Origin: Octopus vulgaris
Lineage: Eukaryota
DNA length: 64,000 nucleotides
Direction: 5' to 3'
NCBI GenBank assembly: GCA_951406725.2
Contig: OX597833.1
Coordinates: 37,820,001-37,884,000 of the forward strand
Shown here: positions 27,110-39,149 of the stretch, piece after piece
Position numbering within the stretch: the first letter of the stretch is position 1
Layout of the letters: the number at the start of each line of letters is the position of its first letter
Position numbers and translations under genes: made by a program
Notes under the pieces: generated by a model
Database searches by the model: none
Told to the model about the DNA's origin: nothing
What the model saw: the letters and a program-made list of their open reading frames with translations, nothing else

Positions 27110-27303
27110 CAGTGTTTCTCAACCATTTTTCTTATGGTTATGAGGGTCCAATCTTTAAAAAATCCTATTATATTTTCATAATTAAATATTGTAAGGAATT
27201 GTATAAAAAAAATTAAAATATTTTGTCTATTATAGATGTATAACCAATTTGTTGATACACATTTTAACAACAAAATCGCATATGGACCCTTGTTGAGAAC
27301 CAG
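27110..27303. mobile_element. hAT-like MITE
   Basis: cagtgtttctcaacc ... gttgagaac imperfect inverted ends. Confidence 0.5.
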
Positions 27304-28718
27304 ACATAGAGGTTCCTTTGGTTTAAATCAATACACTAAGGTCAATTTCATCCTTACTCTTTCCGGAGAGAACTGGGATGGTACTCCATGAAAAGGAATT
27401 TAATACAAACTGAAGAGTGAACGAACATCACCGAAGTAAAGCTGTCGGACAGCTAAACCTGCAACTAATAATCGATTCCTGAATATACATCCATTTCTTG
27501 TTTACTTGCATCACAAATATCATTTCATCCATTTCTCCCTAATCAGTATATAGCTATGTAGTGAACCCACGATCCACTAGAAATCCTCTCCCGCTCCAAC
27601 TAAACGACTCAATTGTTCACAAAATGCATGCTGTAAACAAAATAAACCAATATAGAACGAGTAATTGAGGGAACTACTGAAAATAGCAGCCAAATAGCCT
27701 CTAAAACACATTACCGTCTTTAAAAAAATGATATATTGGATGATGCCGGTATCTGTAAAAAAGATGATTTTAGTAGGAAGAACAACGAGCTGGCGAGGAG
27801 CTTTCTATGTAGTCACTCAGTCTGCTAGAAACAGCACTAAATCTCCCTCAAACTATATCCTATCCTTTTAGAATACTTCATGATGGATAATGTTGCCCTG
27901 TTCCCTGTACATGGAATGCCTTTGATAACAAGTCTATTTGATCAAGACTACTTGGGGCTAAACAACAAAATGCATTATGTAACTATAAACATATAAGCTT
28001 TTAATTAAAAAATCAGAAGAAAACAAAGAAGAGGCAAACTTAGGGGGCTGTAGTGATGATAAAACTGCCGATTTATACCGTATAGACGTCAAGAAATTTA
28101 TTGTAGGTCGTAATTTCACTGTCAACAGGTATTCATTATCAATTCACCTGTTGGTAGCCTAACAACTGTCGTGTTGATTAGTCAATCGGCTTTGCAGAGA
28201 ATCAATAACGTTTGACAAACTGATTAAGTAATGAGGGTATCTGCAGAGGAAAGAACCAAATAGATGTTTTACAAAATACGGGTTTACTGGTGTGTTAACA
28301 ATGTTTTGTTTCGGGGATATACTGTATCTATGGATTTTATCCAACACTACGTAATAGACAGGTGTAAACACAAATTGAAAAATATAAATACACCCCTACC
28401 ACCATAATTATATAATAACTGGTGTATTTTTCTTAACAGAAACATATCAATGTTTTTGTTTAATACTCATACACGATACATGCATACCATACATGCATAC
28501 CATACATACATACATACATACCATACATACATACCATACATATATACATACATAATATATATGCATTAAGGTAAACAAACAGAAAAACTGTGAAAGAAAA
28601 AAAAATACTAGAAAAGCAAGAGAGTGAGATAGAAAGAAAAAAAAAACGAGAGAAGTGTGACTGTGTTGCTATTGTATTAGTTAAAGTTATTATATCAAAT
28701 CAAAAGTAGTTGCCTTAC

Positions 28719-28830
28719 CTTGAAATACTTGTTTTTAACTGCCCGTTTCCCAAGGTTTTTGGACGCCAACAAGTATTCCGCAACTCAGCTACAGGTGAAT
28801 TGAATGAAATGAACGTTAATAGCAAAAAGT
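28719..28830 (-). other. Putative non-coding first exon of CEP164
   Basis: Strong AAG|gtaagg donor at 28719 in a CpG-retaining unique segment; the ATG exon has an upstream acceptor; 5' boundary is a guess. Confidence 0.4.
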
Positions 28831-28958
28831 GGAATGGCCGAGCTGAAAAGCGAAATATTTTTGTTTTCATTTTATAGTTCATGTTTTAATATGAATGCCT
28901 ATACGTGTACGTACATGCCCGCACCCAATCACATACACACTGCATACATACACACACG

Positions 28959-29009
<51 letters not shown>

Positions 29010-29289
29010 TGCTCCCCTCAGTATATTTGGGAACTTCAACGTAGTCACTCAATCTGTTCGAAATAGCGACTAAATTTCCCTCAAATCATATTAACTGTTT
29101 TTAGCCTTCAAATTATATCTTTTTTTTTTTTAAATAACATATCTTAGACGTCATGTTTGAAAATAAGAATGGTTATGGATGGGAGGTTTTCATCACAGGC
29201 CTGCATACTCAGAGTTCACCAAGTGCTAAATCACAACAACAATATTGTACAGCAGATATTCTGACTTAGCTCTCTTAGATTAGGAACAA

Positions 29290-29620
29290 CTACTTTGATG
29301 TAGGCCAGGACGAATATATCATAGACTTGGAACCAAAAGAGCTTTTTGAGAAATTTGACACTATGGATCTTACATCCAACTCAAACACAAAGGAATGCAT
29401 AAGGAACTGTTAAAGTGGCTTCAAATCTACCTTGAGGGGCAAAACATCAAAATCACCCAATCTGAGTTAACACCCATCACTCCATCAACCCATAAGACTC
29501 AATAAGGTGGGCCATTATTGTTCTTAATCTTCATAGATGAATTGGTCAGCACTTGTGAAGATGAGCAGTACCAGTACATTGACGATACCACGCTGACTGC
29601 AATGGCAGGTGTCCGTCGGT
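29290..29620 (+). pseudogene. Degraded CR1/Jockey-type RT fragment
   Basis: LLKWLQIYLEG and GPLLFLIFIDELVSTCEDEQYQYIDDTTL (YADD-like). Confidence 0.55.
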
Positions 29621-30142
29621 GTAAGAGAGCTATGCGACAACTACTAAGTTGACAGGAGAAAGCAATGCGACAATAGTAAAGTTGGCAGGAGAAATGAATG
29701 CGACACTAGGTAGCTGAATCGGAGGCCTTGTCAGTATCAAAGCCTATGCAGACGATAGGAAAGCATCATTCGATACATCAAAAGGCAAAATAATGTCTAT
29801 CAAGGGAAACGGTTCCATCAAACTTTGCAATGCACTTTAGGAATTGCAGATAGCCTATGAGAAATGCAGTTTGACATTCTGAGCAGAACCATCGGAAGAA
29901 GGCTGCTATAGACAAATCAATATGTAATACAGCAGCACAGAAACTTGGAGTGATAGGGGAAACCATTTACAAAAGTCTAAATTCGAAGTAATCTGGGTTA
30001 TTATGTTAGATGAATGTCTCATATAACATGCTCAATCAGCTATTTATTATACATAAAATAATAATAAAAAGGATAATTGTAGTTAATGGAACTGATGTTG
30101 CGAAAAAAAATCATTATCAACACTCTACAACATAGGAGACTG

Positions 30143-30156
30143 GTTGCTACGGCAAC
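30143..30156. promoter_or_regulatory. RFX X-box-like element GTTGCTACGGCAAC
   Basis: Near-palindromic match to the X-box consensus, ~1.3 kb upstream of the putative first exon of a ciliary gene. Confidence 0.55.
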
Positions 30157-30429
30157 AGTTCCCGACAAAATGTAGTCAAGCCACGGCCCATCACTGCAGT
30201 ATAACAGATACCGTTTTATGGCTGCATTCGCTTCTCAGAACCCGATGTCAAGACCCAGATTCTGCACAGGAGCTTTCGACATTCGATTATCATATGAGCT
30301 ATCTCTGCCGATGAGATGCAAGCTTCGAAAGGTCAAATGCACGAACTCAGTTGATATCGCCCTTGCTATCGGAAATGCAATGAACCAATGACTCTTCCAC
30401 TGAAAAGCTGTAGCCAACATTCAGGTTGT

Positions 30430-30700
30430 AATGGAGACATGCGCTATTGCAGCACGTCGTTGCATCCATCATTTGTCGATATTTGCTCGAGGTGTCCCGG
30501 ACAACCCTCCGAGCAGTGTCCCAGTCAGTCCCCATCTCTGATAGATACTTCCTCATCCGCTGTGACTATGTGACATGTGGCTGGCCAACACGAGCTGTCA
30601 CCTCAGCCATATCCACGGGGAAGAGAACAGATACACAGGGTGGAACTCGGGAAATCGAGCAACACGATCAGCGTAACCAACAATACATGACATAAAATAA
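30430..30700 (-). mobile_element. RTE-type LINE ORF2 C-terminal remnant
   Basis: RMRKYLSEMGTDWDTARRVVRD...MMDATTCCNSAC resembles RTE C-termini. Confidence 0.45.
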
Positions 30701-30919
30701 ATTTAGAAGGCACATATATATATTTTACTGGTGCTAATTCGAAATATCAAAAAAAGGAAGAAATATTCCCAAAGGTTTTCTCACAATTTAATGCTAAAAT
30801 ATATCATAATTTATAGGTAAATCCGCAAAGGGTACGACAAAATGAAACTAATAAAAAGTAATTTGATAATTTATTTAGCAAAATAAAATGGTTCAAGTTC
30901 AATTGAAAGATAAGGAGAT

Positions 30920-32330
30920 AGATCTTTACAAGATTCCCCTTCATTTTTTGGATTCAGCACCTCAGAATCTCTTCTTTTACACTCAGAAACTACGCCTGCA
31001 ACTCTTTCGCTTGTGAGCATCTGATGAACATTCATGATGCATCATCCAAAAATAATCGGCCATCATATTGACATTATATTTTCACTGATATCTTCTTTCC
31101 AACTCCTTTACGTCTTAATAAAACCTTTTCTCCTGCTCGTCACTCACATCCATCAAATTTTCTGCAAAGTTACCCAAATGGAAGTATAAGAAATGAACTT
31201 TAAAACTCATGTTATATCCTAAGGCCTTGTAACGGCAGATATTGATTAGGTACACATTATTATGATATATTGTGGTCAGCTGGTGTGATGATAATTATTT
31301 TGTTGTTATAATTGCATGTTGTAAGATGTGAAAGATGAACAATGCATGAAGTTTTAAGGAAATATTTATTTACAAATACCTTGCCTCGACAGGCAGGTTT
31401 TGATACATCCAAAAGCATGCAAAGTAAAGTTTGAGTTTGGGTTCTCTTCATTGTTTAGTAGTAATTGCTGAGACAGATAAAATGATGTTGTAAGAGAACA
31501 GAATTAGAGCTAGAGAGAATTGTAGGGTGTTGTCTCACAGTTGCTTTCTCCCACTGACCAAAGTTGGTCAGCCAGATTTCATTGAATCGTCACGACTGTG
31601 ACGAACTGATTTTTACTTGGGATGTTCTTGCTTTTTATAACTATCCAGAAGGATAGATATATCATTGAAAACAATAGATTTAGTTGGTGGTCTTGTTATC
31701 TCTATGCTAGCTTTTGGTAAAGTAGAAGAAGTTAGAAAGGGTCAAGTAGGGAAGACATTATTTCGGCCTAGCTAAAGGCATCTGGAAAATGTAAAACTGC
31801 TGTCACAGAAAAACCATTGTTCCACCGTGGGAAAAGTTCTGTTGCAGTGTTAATTTAAATTTGGCTATGGTGGATCGAATCCACTTCATGCATGCAAGAT
31901 TCACTAAAGCCTCGAAATTTTCCATGTGTTTGTTGTTTGGATCCTTGTGGTAACCCAAGAAGTTCTTCATCATATCTTTAAAACTAATCCATGCATATTT
32001 TTCAGAATCACTAAGAGAGTTTTCAAAATATTTATTCTTGGCGAGTTTCCTTTCTTTCCTCAATGCTTGCGGGTGTCTAAAGCAACAGAGATGCAGACAC
32101 ATCTCAGAGTAGCTGAAGCGGTCTAAACGTTACCAGATGCTTTTTTTTTCAGAATTACACCTATTACTTATACTGATATAGTCTATTTAAATACAGCAAT
32201 TAATAGTAATAATAAAAGACCAAAGTCAAATTTGGGCATAATGGTAAAATGCGATGATCAATTTTGTGAAGAAACTGTTCGTGATAGGATAATTTCTTTG
32301 TAATTTTTAAAATCAGCTGGTAAAAAAACG
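30920..32330 (-). mobile_element. Chapaev3-like (CMC) DNA transposon remnant
   Basis: ORF 31803-32102 RKLAKNKYFENSLSDSEKYAWISFKDMMKNFLGYHKDPN resembles the Chapaev3 transposase C-terminus; ttggattcagcacc subterminal-like motif; bounds approximate. Confidence 0.45.
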
Positions 32331-34682
32331 ATCGACTTCATCCAATACATGTGTATTATTTCGTTAGGCAGATTGCCATGACTGATTTCGTGATATGCCC
32401 GAAAATGATGGGATAGTCACAGATCAAATATGGCTTTAGTCTAGGCAATAATATTTACGAATAGCAGAATAGTCGTTGCCATAAGCTATGAAAAGCCAAA
32501 ATAAACTATTCACTTCTAATAAGCACCATAAGTTTATTATTGAAATTATTTGCCTTTATGATATACACGTATTGATTTCGCAGTCGGCCAAAATTGAAAG
32601 CAAAAATAAAAACTTGAGGTTTATTGTACAGATCATTGTATGTGAATGACTGAGCAAGCAAGCCGCTTGAAGTTATTTATACGTAGTTCTGTTCTGCAAA
32701 ATACCAGCAAACCAGGAAATTCATTGATCAAACCCTTTGTTATTCTCAGACATTTTCTGAATTCTATTGACCTGATTTTTGCCGACGCAGACGATTGCTA
32801 ATAATTAAATAAATAAATAATGGAAGGACGCACATGATAATGTAGTCCTAGATACACTGTGTCAGAAAATGGAGTGGTAGTAGCTGGAATGATTTGATCA
32901 TAATTCTACTTGATTATGACTGACCTTGGCCAAAATAATTTTTAAAATACTTCTAGATTCTTCGATCAATTGTATTTTCCCTCTGACTTTTATAAATTTA
33001 CACTTTTCGATGTCTTCAGTTTCAGTGTTTCCATTCATAGATCTTAGGAAGGATAATTTATAATAAATTTGATGAGATAAATAAAGTAGAGAATAAAATG
33101 GTTTTGGTCGTTGGTCTGTGACGAAGGCTAAAATTGACGACATGGGCGTCAGGAACCTCTTGTGATTGTAATGGCCTACATAGATTATGGTACTCCTTAC
33201 ACTAATCACTTTACACTGACAATAAAAGACTGCATGTTCTTTGATTTTGTTTTTGATTTGGTCTAATCGACAAAGGTATCCGATAATTTTTAAAAATGAA
33301 GATATTGGGAAACTTCTCTGAAGTGCTTTCAACATGACTACGGTATAGTTGAATGTGGGTTAATATACTTAATGTAATGAGCGAAAAATGTAAGTCAATT
33401 GAAATTACACAAGTAATGAGAAGTATTAAGAACACTTTTCGTCAACAACAACAAAAAAAGCAAGGGAGAATATTCAGAAATTTAAATTGATAAAAAATAA
33501 ATGGTGATATGCAGTAAGAATTGAATCTGATCATTAGCGGTTAAGGTTACAACTCCAGATATACTTCAGTCTTATTAGACCTCCTCAGCGCATTATAGAC
33601 TAACGCCTATTTACTAGATCTGAGATTGACAGAGAAAATATAGTTTTGTGTGAAAATTTTTCATGATAAAGCAATTTAAGATAGAGGCAATGGAAAATGT
33701 TCCAAGGATAGCGTCTGAATGACGAAAATAATAGTTATATCAAAAGTCATTTCCTGTCAACAATAGTTAACGAAAACCTTTGGACTGAATATTTTGTTTT
33801 CGAAACATGAATAGAGATGCCAAATTACATCAGATGCCTTTGAAAAGAAACTGAAAATGTGTCGCTTTTCTTTGATTCAGAATACATTTTCTAAATCTGT
33901 GACAGTTCGCTTTTAAAAGCATGTGTAACTAAATAATATTTCAGCAACACCCTTTGACTGGTAAACAGGACTCTCTAGAAGTGCAGTCCTTTATTCACCA
34001 ATTAATTTCACACTCCAAGTGACAGACCCCAATAACGAGTTCTTAACTCGATGCCGTGGGGTTACTCTCTGTCCCTCTCAACAAAGGATTGGGGATTTTT
34101 TCTCCCTTCTTTCGTTTTGATATTCGTTCTGAGTATAATTAACATCACAACGAAATCACAACATATAAAAACGTAACAAACAAAACAATTTTAAAAGAAA
34201 AGTAGAAAGAATTGAATCCTCTAATATATCGTCAACTCTATCATTTGGTCTCTTGATATTATGTACCTCATTGTTCAGTGTATCTATCTATCTCTCTAGT
34301 AGAGCCTGTCAGACTTACTTCATATCTTTATTAACATTTTATTTGTTTATTTATTCATGCCGGTAACAGCATCTGTCTATTTTCTTCCCGTAGTAATTGT
34401 ATGTCTTATTGTCGCCCTATTTCTCTTTCACTCCGTTAAGCACCTCCTGTCACTTTATCGTTCGTTCCTCCCAGCTCCCTCTTTTCCAATTTCGAAACAC
34501 ACACAGATAAATGAATAAACATATTACAGCCGATATATAGCAACATACACAACTACGCTCATGACAACACTTTTCATGTCAAAAGTTTGACATGTTAGAA
34601 TATCAAACAAAATACCTGATAGTATTTATTTCGACTCTTTACGCTCTGAGTTCTAATTCTGTTGTTACTTAAATGACTTTAA

Positions 34683-34855
34683 CCCCTTACCCAACAATTA
34701 TTTTGAAAATAGATGTATTTTTTCAGACATATTTTTTAATTGTTTTAATTCAAACAGATTTTGGCGAGTCTATCATTTGACGAGTTAACTCGCCAGAGAT
34801 AGAAAAAAAACGATTTCGGTCAAAACGCATATATTCGTTTCTGCCGGGTAAGGGG
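34683..34855. mobile_element. piggyBac-type MITE family 3
   Basis: ttaa-ccccttaccc ... gggtaagggg-ttaa. Confidence 0.7.
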
Positions 34856-36017
34856 TTAATAAGAGGTTAGAGCTTCAAGTGGGAAGGTTGCATTATTGCC
34901 CTGATGTTACAACATAATTTAATACATGACTGTAGTAACTTAGACATGCAAAACATAACCCTACTGATTACCAAGATTCGGTTGCTTAATAAAAATTCAC
35001 TGACCAACATTCTCAACCACTTGCTCACAGGCACACCGTTTGTGTCTCTTCCTCATTCTAAAGCAACTACTATGGCTACTGCACTTCTGAATTGGATATT
35101 CGCAATACCCGTACGCTTGCTACACTTGTCTGTTCTTTTATCGTCTCCATTGTGATTCATTTCCTAAATTAATCACTCATCACTTCGTTTGACCATTCAT
35201 CCTTGGAGACTGAACCTCTTGAAATTCCTTCTCTACCCAATTTTTTTTCCACAGATGTCAAATTACGGAAGTTCAACCTGAACATCCACCACATCTGTTT
35301 CATCAGCTTGGGAGGAACCTGTAAGAAGGGGACGGGATACCCTTTCCCTTCTGACTCATTTCAAGACCTCTTCATAAACTTGATCAAATGACATCAATTG
35401 TTCAAGGTTCGGTAGTTATTTTGTAAGTTTTACAGTCCATATTGAGTAACAATGTGTAAATTCTCTTAATACTCTGTAATCCATGAAACATATTCACAAT
35501 AAATCATAAACTGTTTCTGGCATAGACATAAAGTCAAAAATTTGGGGGAAGGGGAACAGTCGGTTATATCGATCTTCACTTTTGACTGATGTCTAATCGC
35601 CCCCGGAACGATGAAAGCCAAAGTTGAACTCAGCAAGGTTTGAACACAGAATTTAAAAGCCGTGACGAATACCGTTAAGTATTTTGTCCAACATTCTCCC
35701 AGTTCTGCACCCCATAATCAAATATGAGAATTACTGTTGTAAAGCTTTTCATAAGACTAACACAAGACGTTTAAAGTTGAGAAATGAAGTTCCAGCTCCC
35801 TCCTTCACTTCATTTTTGTTTCTTGTTCACCACCATAACCTATTTAAAAAATTTAAAACTTGTTTCATTTGTCATGATGCCAACTACTTTTCTCTTTGAA
35901 TTCAAATAAATTTGATGCTTTTAATCATCAACTCAGTTTTATCGGTCCACCGCTATGTGAAAATAATAAATGGTTCTCTTGGTGAATAGTACTCTAGTTG
36001 TTCGATCGACAGAACTA

Positions 36018-36480
36018 TCAAGTTAGTGTGTTATTGTGAAGGTGTCTGAGTATTTCACCAGCAGATAATACCGCGATCGATATGTCACACTTGATAAATT
36101 CTCGGGTGACGATCTCTTTCTGTCCGATGTGATGTCCAGTTCGAACATTCCAGACAGTTACATGAATGCTTGTCTTCGGCGTGAAAAGATACTTGCTTCG
36201 GTCAATCACCCATTATTCACCAGCACCCTGGCTCCCCAGTACTGAGGCATCGGCTACCCATGATGCCTTGGCATGAACGAATAAACGTTGCGCAGTTTCT
36301 TGCGAAACAAATAGAGGAAGACCTGAAGTTGCAACGCCTTGACCACGAACATGCTAAGGCCAGCACCATAGATCGGAAAGCATGGAATAACATCATCGCC
36401 AGAGTCCGTTATCCAGCGTCACCCACAACAGCATATTGGTTGATAGGGCAGCCTCCTCCGGTCGTCAGCTAGGGATTAGA
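36018..36480. mobile_element. RTE LINE remnant with inverted 5' part
   Basis: Minus strand gives the APE endonuclease N-terminus (VWNVRT...CDISIAVLS); plus strand gives the RTE C-terminus (QIEEDLK...IDRKAWNNII). Confidence 0.55.
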
Positions 36481-37389
36481 AGAAGATTCCACCAGTACTA
36501 CACTATGTATGACAAGACTGGATCCTTTAAGTTACAAAAGTATATCAGGGACAAGCTTTTCTTTTTTTGATTTTTATTTGTGATGAATGTTGTTGGTTTC
36601 CAGTGCCCCAATCAGCGGTTCACTGCATTTCCGATTACGAGTGACAAGAGACGTTTGTATACTCGACCTTTCAAAGGACTGATTCTCGTTGAACTAGATG
36701 GTTCCTTTATAGTTAGTTCCAAATTCCGATAGTCGAGTGCCGAAAGTTATCTGGCCTATGTTAAGGTCGTTTTATGTCCGAAAGAGAATAATTGGAAGAG
36801 CTACCGTGCTATATATTGGTCGGAATCTGAAGTGCTTCTTAGAGATGAGTTGGTTGTTAGAAGACACTTATCTAAAAAGCCTCATAATGATAAAACAAAC
36901 TTCTTGAACATTCGAGCATACTTCGCGCGCGAACGGTTATTACGAAATCTTCAACTTCCATACCCAGATCATAAATAGTGATTTGTACCTTAGTAATTGT
37001 TAAGAGAGCCCGCACTATCTTCATGATTTCTTTTGCATTGGGGATTTAATGCCGATTGATCGTCAGTATTTGGGACATTACACTTATGTTCTGCAAATAT
37101 AACAGTAGTACTTTAACCTCACGTTACCTCGAATTAATAGCCTTTTTAGAAGTACCATTATCATTATATTATCTATTGCACCTCTTTCTCTTTTAAGGGG
37201 GTAGGAGATGATCTAAGGAAAATCCGGCCAGTGCTTCTTTCAAGTTGAGCAATTACACTGAGGCTCTCTTATTGCTGCAACTTGATAATGTAACTAAGTG
37301 TTCAAGAAATAATCTAGAAATGTTGGATTGGGTTGAGGGAGGGGTCTTCAGTAAAGAAAATGTGGCTGTGTGGTAAGAAGCTTGCTTCC

Positions 37390-39099
37390 GATATAGCGTT
37401 TGCTAGTTGGATTGTTGGTTTTGCGAGTAACACGCGCGTTTTTTTTTTTTCTGTCTTAGCGGTGCGACGTTTTCCCTCTTGTTTAATGGAGGGATGTCGG
37501 GTGAGAAGTTGCGAAAATTTGAATTATTCTTCTTCAGATTGTGAACTATCCTTCTTCAGACTTTGTGTCGTCTGAGGAAGAAATCGTGGAGTGTTTGAAG
37601 AGGATTGATGAAGCAATGGAAACGAAAAATTATGCAGAGGCGACGAAGGAAAGAAGCGAAGACGTGAGGCTGGAGGATATAAGCAAATTCAAGGAACTGA
37701 TTTAAAGGGAGGAGAAAGAAGTGAAGGTGTTCCCCACCAAAGAAGTGTTAAAAGAGAAAAATGAGAAAACCATAATTAACAGAACATACTTGATGGCAGC
37801 CAGGAAGATTGAAGCCATGACGACGACTCAAGTAGAAAAGGTTCTTAAACCAATCTGGCAAGAACTTTCCTATCTATCCAGAGGAACAAAATTTGGAACA
37901 GTAGAAGTGCGGTTTCGGGAGGTTACTATTGCCAAGCTGCACTCAGCAACATATTTGAGAACTGATGAAGTGGTGCTTCTACCCGTATACATTGGGAGAC
38001 GTGCCTCCAGGGTTAGGGTAGAATACAAACCCCCAGAAGTGGATGTAGCCTGGCTGGTTGCTGTCATACTGCTAGGCATGGAGGAGAAGGTGGTGGTCCT
38101 CCAGGCCACCAGAACACCCCCACGGGAACTGGCAAGGACAAAACTTCGATATGGTGATACAAGTTACCGAAAATATGGTAGAGACAATCACGGTCGGAGA
38201 CGCAACACTGGAAGTCAGAGTTGAAGGAAGGATTCCGCGGTGCTATGTAGTCTAAAAGGCCACATTAGAGCGGATTGTCCTCCACCACCTTGAAGGCTAA
38301 GGAGACACGAGGATGAGAAAGTGGCTAGTGCTCCACTACCTGTGGAGGTTGAGGAAAAGGAGAGTGAAGCGGCACCACGGATAAAGACCAGTACCAGCGT
38401 CGAAGAAGAGGAGATGGACAATGAATGGGAAACAGCTGGGAAAAAGAGAAGAAAGAGAAAAAAGGCACACGCTGTAAAGGACGACCCCCATCCCACCCAC
38501 ACCCACTCTATCCCAACCACTCCCCACAGACACCAGCCCCCTCCATGCCCTACCTGACATAAACACAAGCACAAACACACAGGAGCCCCAGATTTCCCCA
38601 CCCTAGCCCTTGGAAAAATATGTTATAATGTACAGTGGACACAATGAAATAGACTCCTGGGACAGTGTTATAAAAGTGGATGTATCAGAAGTGAAAGGGA
38701 TGCCCGATCATCTTCGTTGTGCAGTGGCAGACCCAGCATATATATCAAGGTTAAAGGACTTTAAGGAAAACCATAACTATGAGTGCTGGGTCAAGAAATT
38801 GGACACCAGCTCAATACCTAAGCAAGTAAGTATTTATGATATTTTAAAGAAGCACAATGTAAACATCCTTCGGAGGAATAATTAGCTGTTGCTAATAATT
38901 GTGTTATAAACTAGGTTTAAAAAAAAAGAAAAAGAAGTTGTATTAACAGGTTCAATGAAGTCGTTCGGAGGTGGGACCGAACGGTTTCATTTCATCTTTC
39001 ATTATATCTAATTCATCCTTTCCATTCGCTTTTTTTTTCTTTTGTCTCCACCTTGTGCCGTCCCCTCTAAGAACGGCTTTCATAGCCAATATCATGAAT
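37390..39099 (+). mobile_element. ORF1-only L1/Tx1-like non-autonomous retroelement (decayed ORF ~37487-38885)
   Basis: Identical 15-bp TSD taagaagcttgcttc (37374-37388, 39100-39114); ORF pieces join into an RRM-like region, a CCHC knuckle remnant (C..CSLKGHIRADC) and WETAGKKRRKRKK; no EN or RT. Confidence 0.7.
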
Positions 39100-39149
39100 T
39101 AAGAAGCTTGCTTCACAATCACATAATGCGTGGCACCTTGTGAATGGAT

